Under the pieces are notes generated by a model. That model was not told the DNA's origin. It saw only the letters and a program-made list of their open reading frames with translations, and did not search any database. The position numbers and the translations under genes were made by a program. Shown here piece by piece: positions 46,647 through 60,800 of a stretch of 64,000 bases of DNA. The DNA is taken from positions 204,168,001-204,232,000 of the forward strand of contig NC_058368.1 of assembly GCF_018350175.1 (NCBI RefSeq), read 5' to 3'. Source of the stretch: Felis catus (taxonomy: Eukaryota). Numbering within the stretch: the first letter of the stretch is position 1; the number at the start of each line of letters is the position of its first letter.

Positions 46647-49600
46647 TATATCATGAAGAGATGGCCAGTGCTGTAATTGTTGGCCTTTAGAATTGCTGTA
46701 TCTTCAACAGAAATATGGGTCCTAAGATCTTGTAGGTCTCCAGTGAGCAAGGACACAAAAGTGCTAATGAATGTCCTAGGCTTCTGTTCTGGTAACAAAG
46801 CACAAGTATTGGTTTGTACCAGCAAAATCTGGCTCTTGTGTCGTCAACTCTGACCTTATGTCTTTGTTTTCAGTGCCCTTCCAGCCAAAGACTGCCAGGA
46901 ACACACATGTATCTGAACAGGTTGGATTTAGTACTTTTGCAGTAAAGCAGAATACACACCAAGGGGAACTGTAGGGTGTGTCAGTGAGAGAGTGTTTAGA
47001 ACCCATCATGGGGTTTGGGCTTTGGTTGAATAATTTGGGAGAGGGCCTAAGAAACTGGAGTTTCACTCTAGATTGGAGATGGTCAGAAAGGGGCAATTCA
47101 ATGACTAGGTATTTCATGAACTATAGGACAGGTGGATATGGAGGAGGTTCTCATTTAAGAAAAAAAATCACACTTAGCAAGAGAAGATGATACTTAGTAT
47201 GAAAGAGTAAAAAGTTGTTCAGGACTGAAGGACTGAAAATCTGCTCTCACTGAAATAAAAGTACCCTTGCTGTTAATCAGTCTGGGAGGACAGACACAGA
47301 TAAAGCCAGCTGCAAAGTTAACAGGACACATTTTCCCCGAAGTCATGCAATTTTAACTGCCACCGTGACCCTTTGCATGGCCACTGCTTTGTTACCAATG
47401 CTGTCTTCAGACCTGCTTTGCTATCCCACCCATCTATTCCTGGGGACACCCAATTGCTAAATAGTCCTCCCCTCATGACAGCACCACATCCCTAATTAAT
47501 CCCTGCTTCTAATCCTGCTTCAGAAACAACATCCAACACAGAACCAGTATCCCTTCCCTCAGAACTTGCTCAGAATCCTTCAGCAGGAGTCCACATCTTA
47601 CCAGTCGGTGCCCTCTTCCCCCTGGTGTAGCACGCCGTTTGTTTTTTCTCTGGAGTTTGCTCCCTTGCTTACAAGTCCCTATTTTAAGAGCCTGCTGGCT
47701 TGAGCCTGGTGATCTTTGGCTGACTAGACTTTGGTATACGTAAATAATTTGAGGTCACGTATACTGCTACTGTGTTGTCAGCCTGGCAAAGCACCAACCC
47801 TGGATGGACCTGCTTCACCCAGGCAGCTGGAGGCCATGTTTTCTGGTAGGTTAGTGCCAGTGTAAATTCATAACCGCCACCTAGGCTGTCAGCACTGCCA
47901 GCGATCTGTGTTTATTACCTTGTTTATCTCAAATTCTCCACTCTATTTGCTCCTCATCCCCTAAGGACTTGCTTCACAGAAGAAATTGGGCAGATGTATA
48001 CAAATGCATCTGCGTTCACTTCATTTTTCCTCTTGTACAGGATGTATCCCTCCTCTTAAAGGCCAAGTATTCCACATGTGCCCAAAACCTGTGCCCTCTG
48101 ACTCATGAGCTCTCTTGTTACTTAGTCTGTATTTTTTCTTTTTTTTAACCTCTTTGCATGAGCTGTCAAACATGTCATTCTTCTTGAGAGAAATCTGGCC
48201 CTTAACATTTCTCTCCCAACTACAGTTCTATGCTTTCTAGTGAGATTTTTCAAATATCCCATTTTCTTCTACTTCCTATTTGCCCTTCAAACACATAGCT
48301 TCTGCTGCCACTACATACAACAGCCCTTGCTGATTACATTTATGCCACTAAAGTAGATACTTGATTCTTTAGCTTGTTCTCTAGGCAATATCCGACACAA
48401 GTGACACCAAAATTGAAAACCTCTAGGCACCTGGAATAGAATAGCCTTTCTGGCTTTATGTGGTTCCCCAGTGTTTGTGGGATTCTCTTCCCTTAGCTAA
48501 TCTATTGAGTATTGGTGTTCCTCAAAGCCCACTCCTAAACATTTTCTTCTGTCACTGTATCTTTGGGCTATTTAATCCTCTCCTAAAGCTTCAGTTAGCA
48601 GCTATCAACACTGACTTCCGGATTGGTTTGTTTCTACACTTTTTGCTAACTTGCCATTTCCACTAGGATGACTCACAAACTTTAAGTCATGCTATTCCCT
48701 AAACTTTGTTTTCTTGCATCCCTCTTACTGATGGCACTGCTACCTATCCACTTGCTCCAACAGAACTGCTGGAACTGTTTTCAATGCCTGTTCAGTCATC
48801 CCCAAGACTATAGAATTGATCTAAGTATTTCTTGGAGCTGTGCTCTCCAGACTCACGGTCTAATCTTGAGTCTGAAATGCCATCTTTCCTGTTGCTTTTT
48901 CAGACTATTGGGCTCCCCACATCTGTTCCTACATCCTACAATCCATTCTCTACCCAGCTATTCCAGGTATCTTTCTAAAGTACAAATAGCATCATAAAAA
49001 CCCCCTTGTAGTAGACGGTTAACAAATAGGAGGTTCTTAGTCATTAGAGGGGGAAAAAGGTGGGAACAGGATAGGACCTAAGTACTGTGTGATACAAATT
49101 GATGTTACTGGTCAATGAAAACATGGTATCTGAAGGTCCCCTTATTATACTTTACATAAGCTTGAAGTCAATTTGCTTATCAGACTTTCAAAAATGGAGA
49201 TGAATGTAAGGAGTTAGATTTCTCCCCATTCCTTGCTGTTGCCACTTTTGCTTAAAGCCCTTGTAATAGTTTACCATTGCCTTTTTTTTTTTTTTTTTTT
49301 TTTTTAATGTCTATTTCTGAGAGGGAGAGAGAGAATCCCAAGCAGGCCCCACACTGCCAGTGCAGAGTCAGACTTGGGGCTCAAACCACAAACCATAAGA
49401 GTCGGACCCTTAACTAAGGCATTCAGGCACCCCTACCATTGCCTTTAAGATAGAATCCATAATTCATAAAACCATAATGATCTAGCCCTTACTTATCTCT
49501 ATCACCCCCTTCAGGCTTTCTCTCCCCTAAAAGCCTCTCTCTATAACCGTTCTTAAACCAAACTAGCTTTTTAAGGGTCAAGATCTTTCCTTTGGACCTC

Positions 49601-50229
49601 AGGGTCCTGTGTTACCTCTGTTTGAAACAGTTTCACCCCCACAGTACCTGGCTAAACCTACCTACCCTTTGGATTTCATTGGAAATACTTCCTCAGCCTC
49701 AGGTCTGTCCACTACATGCTCTCACAGACCTCTGTATTCTATTTTAGGAACACTTACTACAACTGTGATCAAATTACTTTCTACTCCTTTCTTTCCAGTT
49801 CATCTCTGGTCCTCATCTTCTACCCTGGGTCTCACTCCCTGCCTTATTTCTAAGGTGCCCAGCACATAGTAGGTTCTCCATAAATACTTAATGACAATAA
49901 ATTTATCGGACACATCTACTTGCTACTTAGGAAAAAAGCGCAGATACATAGTTGAAAGATATTTTCTGACACCAAATTAGAAAAAGAAGAGGTCTCTTTG
50001 ACCCAAGTTTTTTCGGTTTTGTTTTTTGTTTTTTACAGCTTTATTAAGGTATCATTTTTGTTTAGATTAAACAAGCGTTAGTCCACTAAAATCCACCCAT
50101 GTGGTTAGCTCTTGGCTGAGCTATCAGATGTTGGTCCTCACGGGAGGAGTCACAACCAGGTGGGGCGGGTACCAACCTTTGAGTATCGGAAGTAAAGATC
50201 AAAGAGGAAGCAACCACATTCAGGACTGG

Positions 50230-50690
50230 GAACGCCCACCTCCCCTACTTCCGGTCCCGTCCTTTGCTGGGCGCTCGACGGATTGGCCCCCGGAACAGAG
50301 GGCGTGCTTGGGCGGGACTTCCTGTCTTTTGGAGAGGAAAGACGCTTCCGCGGGTTGAGGGAAGATTTGAACTGCTGATTTCCTGTGTTTATTTTGCGGG
50401 GAGGTGGTTGGCGTTTCAGCTTCTCTCCCGCTACTGACTAGACGAACGTCTCGGCTAAAAATATTCTCCCTGTGGCCTTATTCCTCTGCGCTTGTCACTG
50501 TTTTCTCTCATCAAGAAACATAACTTGTTGGTAATTTGTCAGATTCATGAAATATCCATCGAGAAGCAGTCGTGGGCAGACTTCAAGCATTTTGGCAAAT
50601 TAAAGCACAGGGGCCGTTGATTGGCCTTATTTCCGCGACTTTTCATCTCAGAATTGCCGTGTTGAATCCAAGACGTTGGTGGTTGTTTTG
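50230..50690 (+). promoter_or_regulatory. Small CpG-rich promoter and probable non-coding exon 1 of C5orf34
   Basis: Local CpG enrichment; ETS ACTTCCGG ~50247, inverted CCAAT (GATTGG) at 50281 and ~50619, GC box GGGCGGG ~50310, CHR-like TTTGAA 50366-50371; candidate donor TTG|GTGAGG at 50690/50691. Confidence 0.7.
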
Positions 50691-51039
50691 GTGAGGCTTT
50701 TTCTGTAACTACATATTGCCATTTTGAAAAATGAGGTCCAATTGATGTCAAGTACAGACTTGTCAAGTACGGAGATTGTTAAATATACTGTGACGTAATG
50801 TACTGGGTGGTGAAAACAAACAGGAATAAGATGGTAAAGATGAAGCTGAAATGTGGGTTGGAGCCGGATTATGTTTTTTTATGATAGGCTGGGAACTTTA
50901 AATATTCCACTGTTTCTTGTGTATGCTTGTTATTTAAGTAAATAACAACTATATCTCTAACTTTTTTTTTTTAATTAAAAACTTGGCCAAACAGAGATCT
51001 TTTCCCATTCGGCAATTTTTATTTTTTTCTGAAATAGCA

Positions 51040-51044
<5 letters not shown>

Positions 51045-51118
<74 letters not shown>
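51045..51118. repeat. (TA)n(CA)n compound microsatellite
   Basis: Direct reading. Confidence 0.97.
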
Positions 51119-51119
<1 letters not shown>

Positions 51120-51559
51120 TTCTATTTTTTTCTTAAATAGCAAGTAGACATCTGAGATATATATTTCTATTTATATGTATTAACTATATTTCTCTATATA
51201 TGTTTACATATATGCAGTATAAATACATGTATTGTTATGAATATTGCTCGCTAAACGAACAAGTATGTAATCAAGTGTTGTAAAATGGTTGGTATGGTCT
51301 GGATAGTGGAAAGTTTCCTATAACAGCAATACTGGAAATGGATTGGAGAGGGAAGAAACTGGAAGAAGGTTCCAGATAGTTGCAGAAATGAAGGGGAAAG
51401 TTGATGAACTGAAATGGAAAAGGAGCCGGGTTCATAAAAGAAACCTACCAAATCAACAAGACATGTTACAGGGCTGTGGAGAGAAATATTGCTAACATTG
51501 AGATGCCATTAACTTAAATTGCAAATTCAGGAGGAACAAGAATTTTGAAATTCACTTGC

Positions 51560-52165
51560 TTATTCTTTCATCATTAAATAAATATTTATTGCACCCTTAG
51601 TATTTGCCAACTATTGTTTTAAATGCCAGGGATACAATGGTGAGTAAGACAGATGAGGCCTGGTTTGATTGAGTTTATACCCTGGTGGGCAAAGTCAAAA
51701 AGCGATCAAATGAATAGAATCAGTTTTGATAGTGATAGATGCTATGAGTAAGAAAGATGAAATGGATAAAAAGTGATTGGGAGATGACTGGGAACAATAA
51801 AGTCAGGCCTTTGAGGAAGTGATATTTAAGCTTAAAAGACAAAGAGCCAGCCATGTGATAAGCCAGGGGAAGGACAGGCTAAGCCGAAAACAGTGCAAAG
51901 GTTCTGATATAGGAAACATCCTGTTTTAAAAACATTAAAAAGGCCAGTGTAGCTAAAGTGTCCTGAGCAAGGAGAGAGTTATGAGATGACATTTGGAGAG
52001 GAAGATGGGGCCACGTTATGTGGCTGTTATTGGCCATGGTTAGGAATGTCATGTAAGTGCAGAATGGTAGATTGTGAGCCAGCATGTGATAGATCTCATT
52101 TTTATTTTAAAAGATCTCTGTGGCTATTGTATGTAGCCTGGACTTGAGGGAGGTAAGAATGAAAG
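51560..52165 (-). mobile_element. L2 fragment (antisense)
   Basis: tcattaaataaatatttattgcacc...gccagggatacaatggtgagtaagacag...ttttaaaagatctctgtggct. Confidence 0.7.
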
Positions 52166-52456
52166 TGAAATTAGGGGACGTTGCAGAAGTTGCTTTGGTG
52201 GGAGTGATTATGTTCCATTTTGGTCATGTGGATTGAGTGGAACATGAAGAGAGGTCTATCAGGCAGCTGGAAGCACTGGGAGGGATCTGGTGGATTTGGA
52301 AGTTCTCTAGAGAGAAGAAATAAAATTGTGTGGCTCTCCTCAGGAGAGACCATATGGTTTAATGTTTACTTATATTCTGACATATTCTACAGAAGATTAT
52401 AGGCCAGTCATATGTAGCCGATTACATACATTGAAAGGGGGTAAGACTCTTTTAAA

Positions 52457-52669
52457 TAAAAATTTTTTTTAACGTTTATTTATTTTCGAGACAGAGAGAG
52501 AGCATGAATGGGGGAGGGTCAGAGAGAGAGGGAGACACAGAATCTGAAACAAGCTCCAGGCTCTGAGCTGTCAGCACAGAGCCCGACGCGGGGCTCGAAC
52601 TCTTGGACCGCGAGATCATGACCTGAGCCGAAGTCGGCTGCTTAACCGACTGAGCCACCCAGGCGCCCC
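52457..52669 (-). mobile_element. Young CAN-SINE with TSD
   Basis: CpG-rich (gcccgacgcggggctcgaac); TSD AAGACTCTTTTAAA at 52443-52456 and 52670-52683. Confidence 0.93.
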
Positions 52670-54253
52670 AAGACTCTTTTAAAAACCAAGGGTGGATGTA
52701 AAAGCAACACGGGTGTATATAGTAAGAAGAGATGAAATGGGAACTGAGGTCAGGTCTCGAATCCTTGATTTAAGAGAATGGTGAAAAGGAATGATTAAAC
52801 TAAGAACAGAGGTAGGGGTGCCTGGTTGCCTCAGTCAGTAGAGCATGTGACTCTTGACCTCAGGATCATGAGTTCAAGCCCCACGTCAGGTGGGGAGCCT
52901 ACTTAAAACAAAAAAAATCAAAAACAGGTAGATGTGGTGGGGTAAACCATGGCACTCCCCCCCCCCCCCGCTTTTTTTAAAAAAGTAAAAAGGCAGAGGA
53001 ACACAATTCGGTGCAGAGAAAGGTAGATAACACTATCACAGTGACCAGTTTAGTAGGATGAAGACTGAAGTTACTGGGTGCAGGGAGACATCGGTGACAG
53101 TTCTGAATCAGTGCAACAATTCCAGCACGAAGGTGGAAGGAAACTGGATTGCAATGGATTGAAGATGGATGGGAGTGAAAGTAGATAATGAGTGGATACT
53201 TTACTTGAGTTTTTTGGTAGGAAAAAGGTAAACTGAGGAACGTTACTTTTTTCTGTCAGGTGAAAGCTGATCACCTGAGTGGCAAAAGATAATGTTCTAG
53301 AAGGGGTTGGGTTAGTGTTTAGAAAGGAAAGTCTTAAAAAGGATGATGTCCTAGAGGGAGGTGGGTAAGTGTCAGAGAGGATGGGGTTGGTGTTAGAAAG
53401 GAATCATAAGATTTATTGAACTCGACATTGCAATACTGGGACTGGCAAATGTGTTCCCTTGTTTAATCCTTGCAACAATCCTGTTACTGTCCCTCATGTT
53501 ACAAATAAGGGAAACAGACAACTTGAGGCATTTAACTAGTCTAGTAAATTGTAGAGTATGAATGGAAGGAACCCAACCCTCTAATTCCCCTTCAGTCCTC
53601 CCTATATGGAAAGCATAGGTGATGACACATTCTAAAGGTAGGGAAAAAGAAATTGAATTCAGTGAAGTAAGAATGAGTCTAAGACACTCTATGATTAATT
53701 AACTTGCTCAGTAGTGACATGGAACTTCTTCCTTAATGTCAGACTAGGGACAAAAATCCAGGTATTGGGATTTCTTTTTCAGTACTCTTTTTTCTTAGGC
53801 CTGATAGTTTTGGCCTGCCTTTTGCATGCATTACAAATGATTTGCTGTATTCTTATGCAAAGGTGGAATTTCCTTTTATTTGAAATTATTACTGAGCATA
53901 GAATTTACAGAATTTAAGCTTCAGGAGAACTAAAGCTATTGAAATTGTAAAGGCAGTTATAACTAGGTGGGCTTTCTTCTCCCTCTAGGTTATCTTCCCA
54001 CCCTGGAGTAAAGCTCTAGGGGGTAAGGCATTCTGTTAAGGTTGTTAATTTCAGATCATTTAAAAGTATGTAGTAAAGTAATCACTTTTCCCCCCCAAAA
54101 AATAAATGCAACGAAAATATGTTTTGTTTATGTTCTTAGAAAATGCATTCACTTTTTATGATAGAACTTTTGTACATTAAGGGAACAATTTGTGCTACCC
54201 TGTTTCCTATTCAGTCTTCTCCTTGGAAGGACATTTTATCCGTAGTCATAGTA

Positions 54254-54448
54254 ATGGCAGCTGAAGTGCGAATGGTACTTTATGAAGATGATTCCGTGCA
54301 AGTGCAATATGCTGATGGTTCCAGACTACAGCTTTCTCCTTGTGGCTCTGAATTTTTATTTGAAAAGGCACCTCCTGTTTCAGCACATCCTTTAGAACGA
54401 CCAGAAAGAATTCGTCAAAGGACACATTTTGTTATCAGCACTTACCGA
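54254..54448 (+). CDS. C5orf34: C5orf34 first coding exon (exon starts at acceptor 54215)
   Basis: Acceptor tgtttcctattcag|T at 54214/54215; ATG in good Kozak context GTAATGG; 65 codons MAAEVR...ISTYR; donor CGA|GTAAGT. Confidence 0.92.
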
Positions 54449-54846
54449 GTAAGTAATGGCTTAAAAACAACTCTTTTTGGTACCAGAATATTGGTGAGGT
54501 AGCTAGAATATGGAAAGTAATTAGTATTCTAGATTACTGTCACTCTGAATTGATTTTCAAATTATTTTACATTTTTTGAAGGTTATGTTTTGTATTTCTT
54601 TCTGTAGGAGCAACTACAGCGAGCCCTAGATTTTCGAAATTCTTTTGCTACTTGCCCTTTTTTATCTGAAAGCATCATACCTTCTGAAAGAAAAAAGGTA
54701 ATTTTTTAAAGCTTTTTTATAAGTAATATTTGAGGACAAGTAATTAGAAACAGGTAGTTTAATTTTTTTCTTCATGACACTTGGGAATACACACTGCTGT
54801 AGAATGCGTAGGCCTATATTGTTCACCAGACTACGATGTTCTGATA

Positions 54847-54892
<46 letters not shown>

Positions 54893-57800
54893 TTTTTTTT
54901 TTTTTTTTAAATAAAGTTTATTTACTTAGAGCATGAGTAGGAGAGGGGCAGAGAGAAAGGGAGAGAATCCCAAGCAGGCTTCATGTGTCAGCACAGAGCC
55001 TGATGCAGGGCTTGAATTCACGAACCGTGAGACCATGACCTGAGCCAAAATCAAGAGTCGGATGCCCAACCACTGAGCCACCCAGGCACCCTGATATGTT
55101 ATGTACTGATTGAGACCCAGAAGATGCATAGTTCATCTTCCTGACCTTTTCTTTGTAGCCAAAGATTATACTCAGAATTTTTCAGATTAATGACTTTTTA
55201 TTTTATATTCATATTTTTCTGTTACTAGCAAGGATTTTAGCCTTCTTCCTTTCACATCTGGGTATGAATTAATTTACCGGAACACTGGACGTTTTATTTT
55301 TATTTTTTATTTAAGGAAACTCTACACCCAGCATAGGGCTCAAACTCACAACCCCAAGCTCAAGAGTTGCATGCTCTACTGACTGAGCCAGCCAGACACC
55401 TCCAGGTTGATGACTTTTTGATTCTCAGAGGTGTCAAAATTAAGAAATTATGTGGCTGTTTTCAGTAGTTTATGTGCAGTTCATGTGTAATAGAGATGTG
55501 TATATTTGTAGGTATACATATTTTATTTTTTTGCTTATGTTCTATTTTGAACTTTTTTTAATGTTTATTTATTTTTGAGAGAGAGACAGAGAGACAGAGC
55601 TTGAGCAGGGGAGGGGCAGAGAGAGAGAGGTAGACACAGAATCTGAAGCGGGCTCCAGGCTCTGCGCTGTCAGCACAGAGCCCAACGTGGGGGTCAAACT
55701 CACAAATCACGAGATTGTGACCTGAGCCGAAGTTGGACACTTAACCAACTGAGCCACCCAGGTGCCCCTGAACTTTTACGAATAATAATAATGATAGCTG
55801 TCATTTATTGAGGATTTACTATGTGCAAAGAAATAGGAATGATGTTAAAAATATTTAATAACACCAGTATGGCATGGGTCTCTGATAAGCAAAGTGGGTA
55901 TTTAGCCAGTCAGAATAGGTATATTGGCTGGATATTATCCCCTTTATATAGCTGAGGGAACTAAATCTCAGAGAGTTTACCTAACCTTGTTCATGGACAT
56001 TTTCTAAGAGGTAGTCAGGATTTGAATCCAGTCTGTTTGAAGACTGTCTTCTTTTTTTTTTTTTTTTTTTAAGACTATATCTTTTAATTACTTTCCACTA
56101 CTCGATAATGACAAAGGAGCCAAGAAAAATCGTAAGCTGTAATTTAGTGTATAAGGCTATTTTTCCACTATCTTTTGAGTAACTTTATTTGTTGAAACTG
56201 CAGTTTGCTGCTGATAGGGTTATTAGATAATCTAATTCTAGAAGAGAGAACTCTCTTAACTGACCACCCTTACAAGCCAGTTTTGCCATCAGTGAATACT
56301 GTACTAACATCTGTACATATAAATAGCACTGTAGGTTTAAGAGGCTTTCTTTTCTAAATTTAAAGTTTTATATAAATGAAAGCTGAAATGTTTACCTGTT
56401 CGCAAAATTAATTGGCTGAAAGACCGTTATGTGACACTGGCTGGTTTTATCTTATATGGAGAGATGCCATAGTTACTGGCACCTGTCATGAGTCTGTGCT
56501 ATTGGTCAGGATCAGTTTACTTTTGAGTAATTCAGTTTTTTAAAATGTTGCTTTTTTTAGGGGCACCTGGCTCAGTTAAGCGTCTGACTTCAGCTCAGGT
56601 CGTGATCTCACAGTCCGTGGGTTTGAGTCCCGCGTCAGGCTCTTTGCTGACAGTTCAGAGCCTGGAGCCTGCTTTGGATTCTGTGTCTCCCCTCTCTCTG
56701 CCCCTCCCATGCTCATGCTCTCTCTCTGTCTCTCAATAATAAATAAACGTTAAAAAAAATGTTGCTTTTTAAACAACCTAGAATTTTTTATTTAACTTAA
56801 TTATTATTATTTTTTTAATGTTTATTTATTTATTTTGAGAGATAACAAGCTGGAGAGAGGCAGAGAGAGGCAGAGTGAGAAGAATCCCAAGCAGGCTTCA
56901 TGCTGTCAGCCCAGAGCCTGACATGGGGCTCTAACTCACAAACTATGAGATCATGACCTGAGCCAAAATCAAGAGTTAGACACTTAACCAACTGAGCCAC
57001 CCATGTGCCCCACTACCTAGAATTTATTTTAGCGTATGGTATGCTAGGTGCTATCTAGGATAGATAGTCTTATTTAGTGTATTTGCTAACCCTTTGAGAG
57101 TACCATTTATTTTTGTTTTTTTAAGTTTATTTATTTGAGGGAGAGAGAGAAGGAGGGAGCTTGTGCATGCTTTGGGGAGAGGCAGAGAGAGAATCCCAGC
57201 AATCTTTGTGCTGTCAGAGCAGAGCCTGAAGTGGGGCTTGAACTTATGAACCATGAGATCATGACCTGAGCCGAAATTAAGAGTCAGACGCTTAACTGAC
57301 TGAGCCACCCAGGTCCTCTCTAGTACCATTTATTAAATAAACCATTCTCCCTTTCCCTCCTTGTTCTGAAAGGTTATGTTATTACATGTAGCATCTTAAG
57401 ATGTGGTTGATTCTGTTTCCATATTACCTGAGTTGCTCTGTCAGTGATTTCTATACTAGTTCCATACTAATCATTTAAGTTATGATTGCTTTTAATATAG
57501 TATCGTTTGTAGTGTTGTTTGTACATGGTAGTTAGTGCTGGTCTTCCCTCAGTATTCTTTTTCTGAGTAAGGCATTTGAGAAGGGTTGAAAATATTTTTA
57601 TCTCTGATTCATTGAACATTTTAAACAAAAATGTCTAACGCTAAATATAGTCAGGATAACTTTTTTATTTTTCTTCTCATTCTTTTTAAAAAATATCGAT
57701 CGATTGATTGATTGATTGATTGAGAGAAAGAGTGCACACACGTGAGCATGGGAGGGACAGAGAGGGAGAGAGAGAATCCCAAGCAGGCTCCGCAAACCCA

Positions 57801-60800
57801 TTGTAGGGCTCTAGCTCACAAACTGTGAGATCATGACCTGAGCTGAAATCGAGAGTTAGATGCTTAACTGACCAAGCCACTGACAGGCACTCCTTTTCTC
57901 TCGCTCTCTCTCTGTTTTTTTAATATTTATTTTTAGAGAGAGAGAGAGAGAATGAGAGAGAGAGAGAGAGAATGAGTAGGGGAGAGGTAGAGAGAGGGAG
58001 ACAGAATCCAAAGCAGGCTCCAGGCTCCAGGCTCTGAGCTATCAGCACAGAGCCTGACACTGGGCTCAAACCCATGAAGCGTGAGATATGACCTGAGCCG
58101 AAGTCAGACGCTTAACCAAATGAGCCACTCAGGCATCCCTTCTCTCTCATTCTTTGTGTGTGTGTGTTTTACATCTCTCTCTGTAAGAGAGAGAATCTTA
58201 ATATCAAATATTCTTTAGAAAACCATATATATAGACCAACACCTGGCTCTCCATTTTCATTCTCTCTAGATAGTAAAACACAAACAAAACTTTTAAGAGC
58301 TTTCTTATACAATATGTAAGCATCGAATGTGTGGAAACACTGGACTGCTGACAAAATACTCCCCATCTCTCTTTGTCTCCTCAACTCAGCGTATCTTCAT
58401 TGACTTCTCAGAAGTCAGATGGCCCAGTCCTGATACTGATGATGGCATGCTGTGTATGCAGAGCGGCACCGTGAAGATATCATCATTAGATGGGCATGCA
58501 TACCTTTGTCTGCCGAGATCGCAGCTTGAATTTACAGTACATTTTTTGTGTAAAGTAAGCCAGAAGCCAGACTCATCTATAGTATTGTCAGAAAAGAAGA
58601 TTCAAGCCAGAAAGGACAAACTAGATGAAACAGCAGGCAAAATCTGTACATATGGAAGTTTATCAAGACAGAGACTGAAGAATAAAGAAAACGAACTTTA
58701 CTATCAGACCATGAAATCCAAGGAACCTTTAGAGAAAAAGAGCTGTGTAAATGGAGCCGAAGGGAGTGGCGAGCCACCTCTGCCTGGTACAAAACACACG
58801 TGTGTATACACGTGGGTGAAACAATGGTGGCCTGTGGCCTCCTGTCCAGAGGAATGGAAATATCCCTTGTCTTTAGCACTGCATTTGCATGATAAAATCA
58901 GCAGTGTGTCTAGAATTGATGCAGCCATCACCCAGAATAAAACTTTGACTTCTGATATTTCAGAGGAAAGAGGAAAAGAGGTTTCTGTTCTTCCCAGGGC
59001 CCTGTTACTCAGCTGTCCTGTCCCACACCTGCACAGGTAATGGAAGAACAGCTTATTTGTCATAAAGCCCTTGTCAGAGCCAGTCTTTATCTAAAGATAT
59101 TTTTTCTTTTGTAATCATCTGCTACCATTCATAAGGAAAGTTCACTCAGTGAGCCAAAACTTTGCTAATAACCGATAGTAAAGAGTTTTCCTAGCCAATG
59201 TGTTCCTTATGTGTCTTACTCTGTGTCCACGCATTGAGTGGTTATGGAAGGCTGACTATACGCTATGTACTTTGTTAAGCACAGAGACTATAGAGATGTC
59301 TAAGCTATAGTCCCTGTTTAGGAGCTTAGACTCTATTAAGGTCACTGTCACTGACAAGATGGTTAAAGTGTGATAAGTAGTGGCACAGGGCTCTGGCAGT
59401 GAGCACAGAGAAGCCTCAGCTGCACCCAGTGAAGCCCGTTACCTTGTAGCTGGAGCATGGTTCCGACTCGCTGATGAGCATGGGTTCTTTCTTTCATACC
59501 TAGTCTCAGAGGCCACCCCTGTCTTTGGTTAGCTGACTATAAATCTATTTATTGAAATTTTTTGAAAAAAGGGGTAAACGTGGAGAAGCCTCTGAACACC
59601 AGATATAAACCTTTTCTCTCCCTAAGAGGTGAATAAACTAATGGTTACAGATTTGTAACATGAACTTCCATAAGTAGTAGAGTAATAATGGTAATAGCTA
59701 ACACAAAGCGCTTACGTGCCGGGCACAGCTCTACTGTAGCTATTTGATTCTCATAGTAGCTCCATGAGGAAAACACTGTCATTGCCCCGTTTTGTTGAGG
59801 AATCTGAGACACAGGAAGGTGAAATAATCTGAGCAGGGTCACGTAGCTAGTGCTTGTAGAATTGGGGTTTGAGCCCAGGTAGTCTCCCAATACGTATTTG
59901 TTATTTAAATACGTATTTTAAATATGATTTTTCAGGCTGGTCATGATTATTTGGTTAAAATTGAAAGTTCTAGTATTATAAGTACACACTGAAAGAGATT
60001 TAGGCTTCTAAATTAACAATTTTCAGTAACTTGCCACTAACTTTGGATTAAAATCCATTATCTTTAAACATGGCTTAACAGGCCTTCCATTTTCTGGTCT
60101 CTTCCTACGTCTGTGATCCTCACCACGTTTGCCCTTGCTTTTTCTACTCTTGCTAAACTGGACTTTTTACAATCTCTAGAATGCCTGTTCAAGCTTGGTT
60201 TCACCATTGCACCTACTCTTTCCTCTGCGAGGAGCACTCCTTTATCTTTCTCAGTTCGCTGACTTGTGCACGTCTTCTGGTCCCAGCACAAGCCTTTCTT
60301 CCTTAGGGTGGTTATCCCCAAGTTCCTAGACAGGATTAGGTTCTTCTACGTGTCCATAGCATCCAGTAATTCTCTTTTCTTTGTGTTTAGTGTTTACTAC
60401 TTAACATCCCTGCTTGATAGGAATCTTCCCTGAGGGCAGTGACCATGTCTGCTTTTTTGGGTGTTATATCTGCAGTGTGCATAGCATAGATATTGCAGGA
60501 AATATTTGTTGTTTGGATCCTTAATTTATGTAATTGTGCTGAGATTGAATAAGAAGATTGTTAAAAATACCGAAGGAAAAAAATCCATGGAAAAATAAGA
60601 TTAGTTTTCAGTTCCTTCATACACTTTTGTATTAATTTTACTTTTCTTGGATCTAACAAGTTAAGCCAGAAATAAATGTTACAGTTGCCCTATGTGGTTG
60701 ATTTCTAAAGGTAATTTTGTTGAGCAACCAGAATTAATAGCTTGTGTTTTGTCCTTCACAGGTGGAATTTTTGTGATTCACTTTCACAAGGACAGTTTGA

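Noticed and set aside
54143..54253. In-frame upstream ATG extending C5orf34 (ORF 54143-54502)
   Set aside because: It lies upstream of the splice acceptor at 54214 and is therefore intronic; ATG 54254 has the better context and matches the recalled N-terminus.
852..58139. Recurrent short ORFs such as [16 protein letters not shown]... and ...[17 protein letters not shown]...
   Set aside because: Translations of CAN-SINE copies, not a gene family.
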